Positions 10,246-19,154 of a stretch of 64,000 nucleotides of DNA are shown here, one piece after another. Source of the DNA: Clostridia bacterium (GTDB taxonomy: Bacteria; Bacillota; DAOUPZ01); the NCBI GenBank assembly GCA_030625885.1, contig DAOUPZ010000011.1, forward strand, positions 27,353-91,352, written 5' to 3'. The first letter of the stretch is position 1. Every line of letters begins with the position of its first letter. Position numbers and translations under genes: made by a program. Under the pieces are notes generated by a model. It was not told the origin of the DNA. It ran no database searches and worked only from the letters and a program-made list of their open reading frames with translations.

Positions 10246-10371
10246 CGCAATAAAGAACTTACATTGCAATTTTGCACGAAAAGCGAAGGAAAGATGGGGA
10301 CATTCCACGAGGCACGAGTGGTGTGTCCCCATGTTGCCAGAGCCATTGTAAATGTAAAAACTTTAATGTGA
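10246..10371. repeat. Palindromic ~125-bp repeat family A, copy 1
   Basis: GCAATAAAG...GATGGGGACA-TTCCACGAGGCACGAGTGGTG-TGTCCCCATG...CTTTAATG; similar copies at 52240 and 60484. Confidence 0.85.
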
Positions 10372-10506
10372 TTTATAGGAGGATGCATTAAATATTTTTC
10401 ATTGATTTTATTATCAGGGGAAAGTTGGAAGTAAAAGATTAAGGAATTATATTATAGAATGTCTTACTATTCCTTTCATATATTTAATGCGCTTCATATA
10501 GGTTAA

Positions 10507-10535
10507 TTGACAAGTATAAATAGGTATGATATCAT
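10507..10535 (+). promoter_or_regulatory. SigA promoter for the rseC-like gene
   Basis: TTGACA-17-TATCAT with extended TG. Confidence 0.55.
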
Positions 10536-10689
10536 CAATCTGTAATAATTTCCGATAATATTGGTTGGGATTTACTGTTATTGCAGAATATAAAACCAGT
10601 ATATTTTTTTAATTTGCTTTACGCAGTAAAGCTACAATAATTAATAATTGTGAATTATGAATTGTGAATTGAAAAAGGGGGGGAAGTAT

Positions 10690-11136
10690 ATGGAGCAATA
10701 CGGAAAAGTCATTGAAGTAAAGGATCACTCAGCGCGGGTTGAATTTATTCGCCATTCTGCTTGAGCGCATTGCGGCGCTTGTGGTATGGGACATACCCAC
10801 GAAGATCAGATGATAGAAGTAGATGCGCGAAATTTAGTTAATGCAGAATCAGGAGACAGGGTGAAACTGGAAATATCTGCAAGAAGTGTGCTTATGGCTT
10901 CATTTATTGTATACGTTGTGCCCTTGATTGGTTTGTTTTTAGGTTATTATGTATTTAGCGGGATGGCCAAAATAATAGGCTACGCGGCGCGGGCTGATGC
11001 CATAGGGGGCGTTGCAGGGGTAACTATATTGGTACTTTCCTTTTTAATTGCGCGGTGGTATGATCGTAAATTAACTAATGAGCAACGATTTCATTTAGAA
11101 ATAACGAGAATAGTCGATCCAGCTGATATTTATTAA
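10690..11136 (+). CDS. RseC/MucC (SoxR-reducing system) family membrane protein, putative selenoprotein (UGA=Sec at codon 25)
   Basis: RBS GGGGGGGAAG then ATG 10690; MEQYGKVIEV...IRHSA-U-AHCGACGMG in frame with ORF 10786; TGA 10762-10764 sits at the first Cys of the family C-x2-C-x2-C motif; GDRV, YVVPLIG and two TM helices. Confidence 0.8.
10781..10800 (+). promoter_or_regulatory. Candidate bacterial SECIS hairpin
   Basis: GT-GGTATG-GGA-CATACC-C-AC; G-containing apical loop about 25 nt after the TGA. Confidence 0.6.
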
Positions 11137-11158
11137 GACGAGGCCTGCCTCGTCTTTT
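11135..11158 (+). terminator. Intrinsic terminator
   Basis: aagacgaggc-ct-gcctcgtctttt. Confidence 0.65.
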
Positions 11159-11196
11159 GTATATAACAAGTAAAAATACATAATGGAGGCTGTTTT

Positions 11197-12471
11197 ATGA
11201 AACCTTTAGCAGAGCGAATTAGACCGAAACAATTAGAAGATGTCGTGGGTCAAACACACCTATTGGGTGAGAATAAAATTTTAAATCGAATGATTACATC
11301 CGGAAGGATTTCTAATATGATTTTTTATGGTCCGCCGGGAACCGGAAAGACCACAGCGGCTAACATTATAGCACAAAAGACAGATAAGAAATTTTATAAA
11401 CTGAATGCAACAAATGCTTCGGTGCACGACATTCAATCCATTATAAAAGATTTGGATAGTTTGCTTGCAGTCAATGGGGTATTGTTATATTTAGATGAGA
11501 TGCAAAACTTTAATAAAAAGCAGCAGCAATCGTTGTTGGAGTTTACGGAAAACGGAAAAATCACTTTGATTGCCAGCACCACTGAGAATCCTTATCATTA
11601 TATTTACAAGGCGATATTAAGCCGCTCCACGATATTTGAATTTAAGCTGCTCCAAAAGAGTGAGATCAGAGTTGGATTAGAACGAGCCATTCAGATGGCG
11701 CAGGAAGACTTTCCGGATTCGAAGATAAGATATGATGGTCAGGTGCTTGACTATATTGCTGAGGTGAGCAATGGGGATTTGCGAAAAGCCATTAATGCGC
11801 TTGAACTTGCAATCTATTCAACGAATCTGGATATAAATGGCGATTTATTGATCACACTGGAGACGGCGCAGGAATGTACCCAGAAGAAAGTATTAAATTA
11901 TGATCAATCAGGGGACAGCCATTACGATATTTTAAGTGCATTTCAAAAATCCATCAGAGGCAGTGATCCCGATGCAGCGCTGCATTATTTGGCGCGCCTT
12001 ATTAAGGCCGATGATTTAATTTCCATTTGCCGGCGCTTATTGGTCATGGCTTCAGAAGATATCGGAATGGCCTATCCGAATGCCATATCTATTGTAAAAA
12101 GCTGCGTGGATGCGGCGATGCAGCTGGGGTTTCCGGAAGCCCGAATACCGCTGGCACAAGCGGTTATTACACTGGCTACCGCACCAAAATCCAATTCGGC
12201 GATGACGGCCATTGATGCGGCTTTGAGAGATATAGAGACAAAAAACATCGGCGATATTCCGGTGCATCTGAAGGATGCGCATTATGCGGGTGCTAAAAAG
12301 ATGGGACGGGGTGTGACCTATAAATACCCGCACGCTTATCAAAATAATTATGTTAAGCAGCAATATTTGCCGGATACGATCAAAGATGCAACTTATTATG
12401 TAGCAGGGAAAAATACGATGGAAGATAAGATAGAGAAGTTTATGGATATACTGAAAAATGAGAGAAGTTGA
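11197..12471 (+). CDS. rarA: Replication-associated recombination protein A (MgsA AAA+ ATPase)
   Basis: PLAERIRP, GPPGTGKT, STTENP, SAFQKSIRGSDPDAA, YKYPHAY. Confidence 0.93.
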   Translation: MKPLAERIRPKQLEDVVGQTHLLGENKILNRMITSGRISNMIFYGPPGTGKTTAANIIAQKTDKKFYKLNATNASVHDIQSIIKDLDSLLAVNGVLLYLDEMQNFNKKQQQSLLEFTENGKITLIASTTENPYHYIYKAILSRSTIFEFKLLQKSEIRVGLERAIQMAQEDFPDSKIRYDGQVLDYIAEVSNGDLRKAINALELAIYSTNLDINGDLLITLETAQECTQKKVLNYDQSGDSHYDILSAFQKSIRGSDPDAALHYLARLIKADDLISICRRLLVMASEDIGMAYPNAISIVKSCVDAAMQLGFPEARIPLAQAVITLATAPKSNSAMTAIDAALRDIETKNIGDIPVHLKDAHYAGAKKMGRGVTYKYPHAYQNNYVKQQYLPDTIKDATYYVAGKNTMEDKIEKFMDILKNERS

Positions 12472-12478
12472 TCATTTT

Positions 12479-12512
12479 AAAATCCCTACCTCCTAATGGA
12501 GGTAGGGATTTT
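12479..12512. terminator. Bidirectional terminator
   Basis: aaaatccctacctcc-taat-ggaggtagggatttt between convergent genes. Confidence 0.8.
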
Positions 12513-12513
12513 A

Positions 12514-14013
12514 TTATTTTGTAACAATAACTTTTGCTGCGTGACTGATGGGTGGAATACTCATTGTAACTGCCGGTCCATAATAACCTTTAACTTTTGT
12601 GCTTTCTTTTATATCTTCAATGGATAATTCTGAACCATCTGCTTCGTTTATTATTTGAGTTTTATCATTAATCGTAAGTTTTATCTTATCATAGACCGTA
12701 TTATTTGATTCTTGTCCTTCGATAAGAATCATAACACCATCTTTAATATCTGTAATATTTGTAACTGTTCCTTCAATAACACTTAAATCTATTTTCCCTT
12801 CTGCGTCATTTTTTTCTAAAACAACGGTCTGGTTATTTTTGTCCCAATCAACATAATACCCTAAAGCTTCTGTTATAAATCTTATAGGAACATAAGCTCT
12901 ATTATTTATCAATTTTGCAGATGAATCAAATGTTATTTTTTCTCCATTAACAGTAGCATAGTTATGGTTTATAACAAATTTTATTTCTTTATCATTCAAA
13001 TTAATAGTTACCATTTGGTTCTCTTGATCCCAATCAACAGCAGCTCCTAATTGTTCAACAATAAATCTCACAGGTGTTATGGTTCTGCTTTCAGATGTAA
13101 TTAAGAGAGGCTTTGCGTCAGGGAACGCAACATCTTTTCCATTAATTTTTACCTTGACAACGATATTATGATCATCTAAGTCGTTAGTTTCATCCATTAC
13201 AATAATTTTTTTTGCATTTGTTATAGGGGGGATGCTTGCTGTCATGATTGGACCATAATATACTTTTACTTTTGAATCATCTTTTATATCATCAATAGAT
13301 AGTTTTGCTCCGGTTTCATTTACGATTTGTGTTTTTTCACTAACAACAAATTTAATTCTATCATACATATCTTTGCCAATAAAAATCATCTTACCTTCTT
13401 TGATCTCTTGTATATTTGCAATTTTTCCTTCCATGCAATAAGCATCTTTTACTATTATTTTTTCAGCGGTTCCTATCGGTGGTATGCTTTTAGTAACGGC
13501 TGGTCCATAATAAGCGATCACTTTTGAATCTTGTTTAATATCATCAATAGACAGTTTTATGCCATATTCATCTTCTATTTGTGTTTTATCACTTACATTA
13601 AGTTTTATTTGACCATATAATCCATCTCCTTCGACAAGGAGCATTTTACCATTCTTTATATCTTGAATATCTTTAACGACACCATCATTTTTGTATAACC
13701 CTGTAACCTCATCAAAATATTTACTTCCTCCTGTATAAACTTCTTCTTTAGAAGTAGGTTTTTTAGTGTCATATAAAACCGGTTCAGCATCATATAAAGT
13801 TGGAATTGCTCGGGTTTGACCGATTACTTCGCCCTCATCATTTTTCACTTCCTGCATGACATGTTGTACGTAATATTCAGTACGATTGATGTTTTCATTT
13901 GCCATCGCGACGCCGGAAAGTGTTGGCGCAATTAATGCAGCGCTTAATAAAGGGATAATAATCGTTTTCTTTGGTTTTAACATGGTTGTATCCATCCTTT
14001 CATTTTTCACCAA
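12514..14013 (-). CDS. Secreted protein with a copper amine oxidase N-terminal (stalk) domain and three internal ~85-aa repeats
   Basis: Signal peptide ending VAMA; stalk motifs TPVRFIVEQLGAAVDWD and YVPIRFITEALG; repeat motifs YYGPAVTKSIPP, YYGPIMTASIPP, YYGPAVTMSIPP; start may be ATG 13983. Confidence 0.75.
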   Translation of the reverse strand: MVKNERMDTTMLKPKKTIIIPLLSAALIAPTLSGVAMANENINRTEYYVQHVMQEVKNDEGEVIGQTRAIPTLYDAEPVLYDTKKPTSKEEVYTGGSKYFDEVTGLYKNDGVVKDIQDIKNGKMLLVEGDGLYGQIKLNVSDKTQIEDEYGIKLSIDDIKQDSKVIAYYGPAVTKSIPPIGTAEKIIVKDAYCMEGKIANIQEIKEGKMIFIGKDMYDRIKFVVSEKTQIVNETGAKLSIDDIKDDSKVKVYYGPIMTASIPPITNAKKIIVMDETNDLDDHNIVVKVKINGKDVAFPDAKPLLITSESRTITPVRFIVEQLGAAVDWDQENQMVTINLNDKEIKFVINHNYATVNGEKITFDSSAKLINNRAYVPIRFITEALGYYVDWDKNNQTVVLEKNDAEGKIDLSVIEGTVTNITDIKDGVMILIEGQESNNTVYDKIKLTINDKTQIINEADGSELSIEDIKESTKVKGYYGPAVTMSIPPISHAAKVIVTK

Positions 14014-14225
14014 TTTTTAATATTGTTTAATTGATTTCATACATAAAAACGAAAGTATGCCAAAAATGTTTCTATAATTTAAAAAATGGTTAATGTTATA
14101 TGTAAACATTAAATATAAATGAGAAATAGTGTTTGTTATGTAACACGCTTTACTGAATTGGGTATATTATTAAAAGGTTTTTGACATCATTATGATACGT
14201 GCTAACAATGAAAAATATTTGGTAA

Positions 14226-14288
14226 TTGACAGCATCCTTATTAAATGATATATTATTCTCAATAATTCCTATGGGAATAGTATGTATT
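14226..14288 (+). promoter_or_regulatory. SigA promoter plus candidate Rrf2 (IscR/CymR) operator
   Basis: TTGACA-17-TATATT; imperfect inverted repeat AATAATTCCTAT-GGGA-ATAGTATGTATT at 14261-14288. Confidence 0.45.
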
Positions 14289-14345
14289 AAAGTGGTTTAA
14301 TATATGTTTTTAAAAATATAAAAATTAGGGATAGGAGGAATTAAA

Positions 14346-15533
14346 ATGAAGCGGATTTATTTAGACCATAATGCCACAACACCATTAGATCCAGAAGCAT
14401 TAAAAGTGATGATGCCGTATCTGACAGAAGAATTTGGCAATGCTTCTTCGATTTACGAAAAAGGACGGGTGACCAAAAAGGCAATTGCTGAAGCCCGTGA
14501 AAAAGTGGCGCGGTTGATTGGCGCGCAAAGTGATGAAGTGTTTTTTACCGGCGGGGGAACGGAAGCGGATAACTGGGCGATTAAAGGCGCAGCAGAATCC
14601 TTGCGTGATAAAGGGAACCATATTATTACGACCGTTATTGAGCATCATGCTGTTTTGCATACCTGTGAATATCTGAAGGAGCATGGATTTGAAGTGACCT
14701 ATCTGCCGGTTGATGAATATGGGTTGGTAGATCCCGAAGCAGTCAAACAAGCGATAACCGATCAGACCATTCTCGTTTCGGTGATGTATGCCAATAATGA
14801 GATTGGCACGATTGAGCCGGTGGCGGAAATCGGCAAAATTGTGAAAGAAAAAAACATTCTTTATCATATTGATGCGGTACAAGCTGTTGGTAAAATTCCG
14901 GTCGATGTGAATGCGATTGGTGTTGATTTATTATCCATGTCAGCCCATAAATTATACGGACCCAAAGGAGTCGGCGCGCTATACATCCGCAAGGGAACCC
15001 AGATTAAGAATCTGATACATGGTGGGGCACAGGAGAGAATGCGCCGTGCTGGGACAGAAAATGTGGCGGGTATTGTAGGATTTGGAAAAGCCGCAGAATT
15101 AGCATTTGATCATTTATCAGAAACGGAAGAGCGGTTAACCCAATTGCGGGATAAGCTCCTTAACGGGATGATGGAAAAAATGGATCATGTGCGTCTTAAT
15201 GGTCATCCGATTCATCGTTTACCGGGAAATGTGAATGTCAGTATTGAATTCATTGAAGGTGAATCACTTTTGATTAGTTTGGATATGAAGGGGATTTCCG
15301 CTTCCAGTGGTTCTGCTTGTACATCGGGTTCATTAGATCCTTCTCACGTCCTTCTGGCAATCGGCTTGCCGCATGAAATTGCGCATGGCTCTTTAAGAGT
15401 CACACTGGGAAAAGAAAATACAGAAGCAGATGTGGATTATTTATTGGACATATTGCCGGAGATTGTACAGAAATTACGTGCCATGTCACCGCTTTATGAA
15501 GCCTATTTAAAAGGAGAGGGTAATCGTGTATAG
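14346..15533 (+). CDS. iscS: Cysteine desulfurase, copy 1
   Basis: YLDHNATT, SAHKLYGPKG (PLP Lys), SSGSACTSGS (group I catalytic Cys). Confidence 0.96.
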   Translation: MKRIYLDHNATTPLDPEALKVMMPYLTEEFGNASSIYEKGRVTKKAIAEAREKVARLIGAQSDEVFFTGGGTEADNWAIKGAAESLRDKGNHIITTVIEHHAVLHTCEYLKEHGFEVTYLPVDEYGLVDPEAVKQAITDQTILVSVMYANNEIGTIEPVAEIGKIVKEKNILYHIDAVQAVGKIPVDVNAIGVDLLSMSAHKLYGPKGVGALYIRKGTQIKNLIHGGAQERMRRAGTENVAGIVGFGKAAELAFDHLSETEERLTQLRDKLLNGMMEKMDHVRLNGHPIHRLPGNVNVSIEFIEGESLLISLDMKGISASSGSACTSGSLDPSHVLLAIGLPHEIAHGSLRVTLGKENTEADVDYLLDILPEIVQKLRAMSPLYEAYLKGEGNRV

Positions 15534-15897
15534 TGAGAAAGTAATGGATCATTTCAGTCATCCGCGTAATGTCGGGCAAATTGAAAACGCTGACGGGACA
15601 GGCCAGGTAGGGAATGCCAAATGCGGGGATATTATGAAAATTGATTTAAAAATAGAGGATGATCATATTGTCGATGTTAAATTTAAAACATTTGGTTGTG
15701 GCGCAGCGGTAGCGACAAGCAGCATGGTTACGGAAATGGTAAAAGGAAAAACGATCGAAGCAGCATTAGCAATTTCCAATAAAGCGGTCGCTGAAGCATT
15801 GGGTGGATTGCCGCCGCAAAAAATGCATTGTTCAAATTTAGCCGCTGATGCATTACATGAAGCGATTAAGGATTATCAGAAAAAGCAGGCGCAATAA
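15526..15897 (+). CDS. iscU: Fe-S cluster scaffold IscU/NifU, copy 1
   Basis: HPRNVG, CGD, FGCGAA, KMHCS; GTG start overlaps iscS. Confidence 0.95.
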   Translation: MYSEKVMDHFSHPRNVGQIENADGTGQVGNAKCGDIMKIDLKIEDDHIVDVKFKTFGCGAAVATSSMVTEMVKGKTIEAALAISNKAVAEALGGLPPQKMHCSNLAADALHEAIKDYQKKQAQ

Positions 15898-15905
15898 GAA
15901 GATGA

Positions 15906-15951
15906 AATAAAGAAAACTTTAGATTGTACAATCTAAGGTTTTCTTTATTTA
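15906..15951 (+). terminator. Hairpin/terminator between the two iscS-iscU units
   Basis: aaataaagaaaactttagattg-ta-caatctaaggttttctttattt. Confidence 0.65.
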
Positions 15952-15955
15952 TTGA

Positions 15956-15984
15956 TTGACATTTAGCGTAATTAATAGTATGTT
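15956..15984 (+). promoter_or_regulatory. SigA promoter for the second iscS unit
   Basis: TTGACA-17-TATGTT. Confidence 0.5.
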
Positions 15985-16044
15985 AAGCCTATAAAAACAC
16001 TCGGAAATGAAATTATTTACATATATCAATAGGGAGGAATCAAT

Positions 16045-17202
16045 ATGAAACGGATTTATTTAGATCATAATGCGACGACGTCATTAGATCCAGAGGTTTT
16101 AAAAGCGATGATGCCGTATCTGACAGGGGAATTTGGTAATGCTTCTTCAATTTATGAATGTGGGCGTATGGCCCAAAAGGCGGTTGTCGAAGCCCGTGAA
16201 AAAGTGGCGCGGTTGATTGGCGCGCAAAGTGATGAGCTGTTTTTTACCAGCGGGGGAACGGAAGCGGATAACTGGGCGCTTAAAGGCGCTGCAGAGGCTC
16301 TACGCGATAAGGGAAATCATATCATTACAACCGTTATTGAGCATCATGCTGTTTTGCATACCTGTGAATATTTGGAGGAACAGGGGTTTGAAGTAACCTA
16401 CTTGCCGGTTGATGAATATGGCCTGGTAGATCCCGCAGCAGTAGAGCAAGCGATAACGGATCAGACCATTATTGTTTCCGTGATGTATGCTAATAATGAG
16501 ATTGGCACGATTGAGCCTGTAGAGGAAATCGGCAAGATTGTCAAGGAGAAAGGTATCCTTTATCACATTGATGCGGTACAGGCTGTCGGGAAAATACCAG
16601 TCGATGTGAATGCGATCGGGGTTGATTTATTATCCATGTCAGCCCATAAATTATACGGACCCAAAGGGGTCGGGGCTTTATACATTCGTAAGGGAGTGAA
16701 AATTAATAACCTACTGCATGGTGGGGCCCAAGAGAGAAATCAGCGCGCCGGGACAGAAAACGTGGCCGGTATTGTGGGTTTTGGTAAAGCAGCGGAATTA
16801 TCATGTGATAATTTGATAGAAACGGCGGAAAGATTAACCCGGTTGGGGGACAGGCTTGCTAAAGGGATTACGGAAAAAATGGATCATGTACGATTTAATG
16901 GCTATCCGCTTCATCGGCTGCCAGGTCATGTGAATGTCAGTATTGAATTTGTGGAAGGGGAAGCGCTTGTAATGAGCCTGGATATGCAAGGAATTTCTGT
17001 TTCCAGTGGTTCAGCTTGTGCCGCCGGTTCAGCGGATCCTTCTCATGTACTGCTGGCGATCGGTTTACCGCATGAGATTGCGCATGGTTCTCTGAGGATG
17101 ACTTTGGGAAAAGATAGTACAGAAGCAGATGTGGATGAGGTACTGACTATCTTACCCCGTATTGTGGAGAAATTACGGGCTATGTCACCACTTTATCAAT
17201 AA
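16045..17202 (+). CDS. iscS: Cysteine desulfurase, copy 2
   Basis: Close paralog of 14346-15533; catalytic loop SSGSACAAGSADPSH. Confidence 0.95.
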   Translation: MKRIYLDHNATTSLDPEVLKAMMPYLTGEFGNASSIYECGRMAQKAVVEAREKVARLIGAQSDELFFTSGGTEADNWALKGAAEALRDKGNHIITTVIEHHAVLHTCEYLEEQGFEVTYLPVDEYGLVDPAAVEQAITDQTIIVSVMYANNEIGTIEPVEEIGKIVKEKGILYHIDAVQAVGKIPVDVNAIGVDLLSMSAHKLYGPKGVGALYIRKGVKINNLLHGGAQERNQRAGTENVAGIVGFGKAAELSCDNLIETAERLTRLGDRLAKGITEKMDHVRFNGYPLHRLPGHVNVSIEFVEGEALVMSLDMQGISVSSGSACAAGSADPSHVLLAIGLPHEIAHGSLRMTLGKDSTEADVDEVLTILPRIVEKLRAMSPLYQ

Positions 17203-17225
17203 AATCAAGAAGGAGTTGTATAACT

Positions 17226-17597
17226 ATGTATGAAGATAAAGTAATGGATTATTTTAACAATCCACGCAATGTGGGTGATATTGAAAATGCGGATGGAACA
17301 GGGAGAATAGGCGATGCGGGTTGTGGAGATATTATAAAGATTGATATAAAAGTTGCGGATCGTCATATCGTTGATGTTAAATTTAAGGCATTTGGTTGTT
17401 GTGCGGCCATCGCTACAAGCAGTATGGCTACAGAAATGGCAAAAGGGAAAACCATTAAAGAAGGGTTGGCAATTTCCAATGAAGCGGTAGCGAAAGCACT
17501 GGGGGGATTGCCGCCGCAAAAAATGCATTGTTCTAATTTAGCGGCTGATGCATTACATGAAGCGATTAAGGATTATCAGAAAAAGCAGGCGCAATAA
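17226..17597 (+). CDS. iscU: Fe-S cluster scaffold IscU/NifU, copy 2 (extra Cys, GCC)
   Basis: NPRNVG, CGD, FGCCAA, KMHCS. Confidence 0.92.
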   Translation: MYEDKVMDYFNNPRNVGDIENADGTGRIGDAGCGDIIKIDIKVADRHIVDVKFKAFGCCAAIATSSMATEMAKGKTIKEGLAISNEAVAKALGGLPPQKMHCSNLAADALHEAIKDYQKKQAQ

Positions 17598-17610
17598 GGA
17601 GATGAGATTG

Positions 17611-18393
17611 GTGGATGTCACCCGTACCATTAATATTGAAAAAATAGCAGGAAAGATGAGAGGCGTTGAGGCGGATGTTGTCATTGCCGAATATCCGTTT
17701 ACGATTCATATCAATGACAAAGAATTGGTTACGTTATTATGTTCACCCACTCATTTAGAGTATCTTGCTTTAGGATTTTTGCAATCCGAAGGTTTTATTC
17801 AGGATGATTCATCGATTAAAAATATTGAATTTGATGAGGAAAAAGGGTATATCAATGTCCATATTTATAATGGAGAACGTATTCTTAACGAAAAAGCATT
17901 TGGGAAGCGAACGCTGACCACGGGATGTGGCAAAGGGACTACGTTCCATGATGTGGCGCAAAGTTTGGCATCTGATCCCATTCATTCTAAAATGATGATC
18001 TCTACTGAGAAAGTATTCGAGTTTGTGAATCAATTGCATGAAAGCGCACAAATTTTTCGGAAAACAGGAGGGGCTCATATCTCGACACTTGCTTCTGAAC
18101 AAGAGATGATGTTTGTTCATGAAGATATCGGACGGCATAACGCACTGGATAAACTGTTTGGGGAATGTATTATGAAAGATGTTGGTTTTGAAGATAAAAT
18201 CATTATTACCAGTGGACGCATATCCTCAGAGATGCTCATTAAGAGTGCAAAAAGGAAAATACCCATTCTGATTTCGCGCAGTGCGGCTACCCAATTATCT
18301 GTAGAATTAGCGGAAAAAGCAGGGATTACCTTAATTGGATTTGTCAGAAATGACAAAATGAATATCTATACTAATGGGTGGAGAATTGTATAA
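17611..18393 (+). CDS. fdhD: Formate dehydrogenase accessory sulfurtransferase
   Basis: TTGCGKG, TGGAH, EDIGRHNALDK, SGRISSEM, GITLIGFVR; GTG start after AGGAG (ATG 17602 is an alternative). Confidence 0.93.
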   Translation: MDVTRTINIEKIAGKMRGVEADVVIAEYPFTIHINDKELVTLLCSPTHLEYLALGFLQSEGFIQDDSSIKNIEFDEEKGYINVHIYNGERILNEKAFGKRTLTTGCGKGTTFHDVAQSLASDPIHSKMMISTEKVFEFVNQLHESAQIFRKTGGAHISTLASEQEMMFVHEDIGRHNALDKLFGECIMKDVGFEDKIIITSGRISSEMLIKSAKRKIPILISRSAATQLSVELAEKAGITLIGFVRNDKMNIYTNGWRIV

Positions 18394-18398
18394 AAGGC

Positions 18399-18602
18399 AG
18401 CAGGTAGCGAACAGCAGGTAGGAGGTAGGGAAAGATAAAAGATTTTTTCTTCTTTGTTTTTATCTTTAGCTTTCAGCCTTAAGCCTATTTTTAAGTACGA
18501 GTGGTGTGTCCTCATTCTTGCATGAAGCAAAAAGCAGGAAATATCAAAATAAGACCTACCTGCTACCTGCTACAAGCGACCTTCGGGAGCGTCCTACCTG
18601 CT
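18399..18602. repeat. Composite heptamer-arm element B, upstream of rrf2
   Basis: AGCAGGT arms inverted around a fragment of repeat A (GTACGAGTGGTGTGTCC) and AGGAAATATCAAAATAAGACCTACCTGCTACCTGC. Confidence 0.75.
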
Positions 18603-18612
18603 TAAACGTTTA

Positions 18613-18641
18613 TTGACATTAAAAAAACGGTATGATAGCAT
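18613..18641 (+). promoter_or_regulatory. SigA promoter for rrf2-mnmA
   Basis: TTGACA-17-TAGCAT with extended TG. Confidence 0.5.
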
Positions 18642-18692
18642 AAAATACACCATTCCGATGAAAATACTGTTATATATTGAGAGGGATTAATT

Positions 18693-19151
18693 ATGATGAA
18701 AGTTTCAACAAAAGGTAGATATGGGGTACGGGCGATGTTTTATTTGGCGACACAATATGATAAAGGTCCCATAGCGCTTAGAACCATTGCCGAGCATCAA
18801 GAAATTTCCGAACATTATCTAGAACAACTCATTGCAATTTTACGTAAAAATGGTCTGGTAAAAAGTATTCGTGGGGCGCAGGGCGGATATTTACTTGCCA
18901 GAGCGCCTGAAGCGATTACAGCAGGTGATATCATCAGAACATTGGAAGGACCGATCGCGCCTGTTGATTGTGTTGTGGAAGATGACAGTCAGGACTGTAA
19001 TCGTGTTGATATTTGTATGAGTCGTATGATATGGCAACGGGTAAGGAATAGTATGATTGAAGTGCTTGATGGGATTACTTTAGCCGATATGTGTCAGCAG
19101 TCTGAAGCGTTAGGTAAAGAAGGCTTTGTGATTGGAAAACAGGGAGAATAA
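18693..19151 (+). CDS. Rrf2-family regulator (IscR/CymR type with three Cys)
   Basis: STKGRYGVRAM, YLEQL, SIRGAQGGY; C-terminal DC...DC...IC cluster ligands. Confidence 0.92.
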   Translation: MMKVSTKGRYGVRAMFYLATQYDKGPIALRTIAEHQEISEHYLEQLIAILRKNGLVKSIRGAQGGYLLARAPEAITAGDIIRTLEGPIAPVDCVVEDDSQDCNRVDICMSRMIWQRVRNSMIEVLDGITLADMCQQSEALGKEGFVIGKQGE

Positions 19152-19154
19152 GGG

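Noticed and set aside
10786-11136. 116-aa ORF starting at ATG 10786
   Set aside because: No RBS and lacks the family N-terminus; it is the 3' part of the TGA-containing gene starting at 10690
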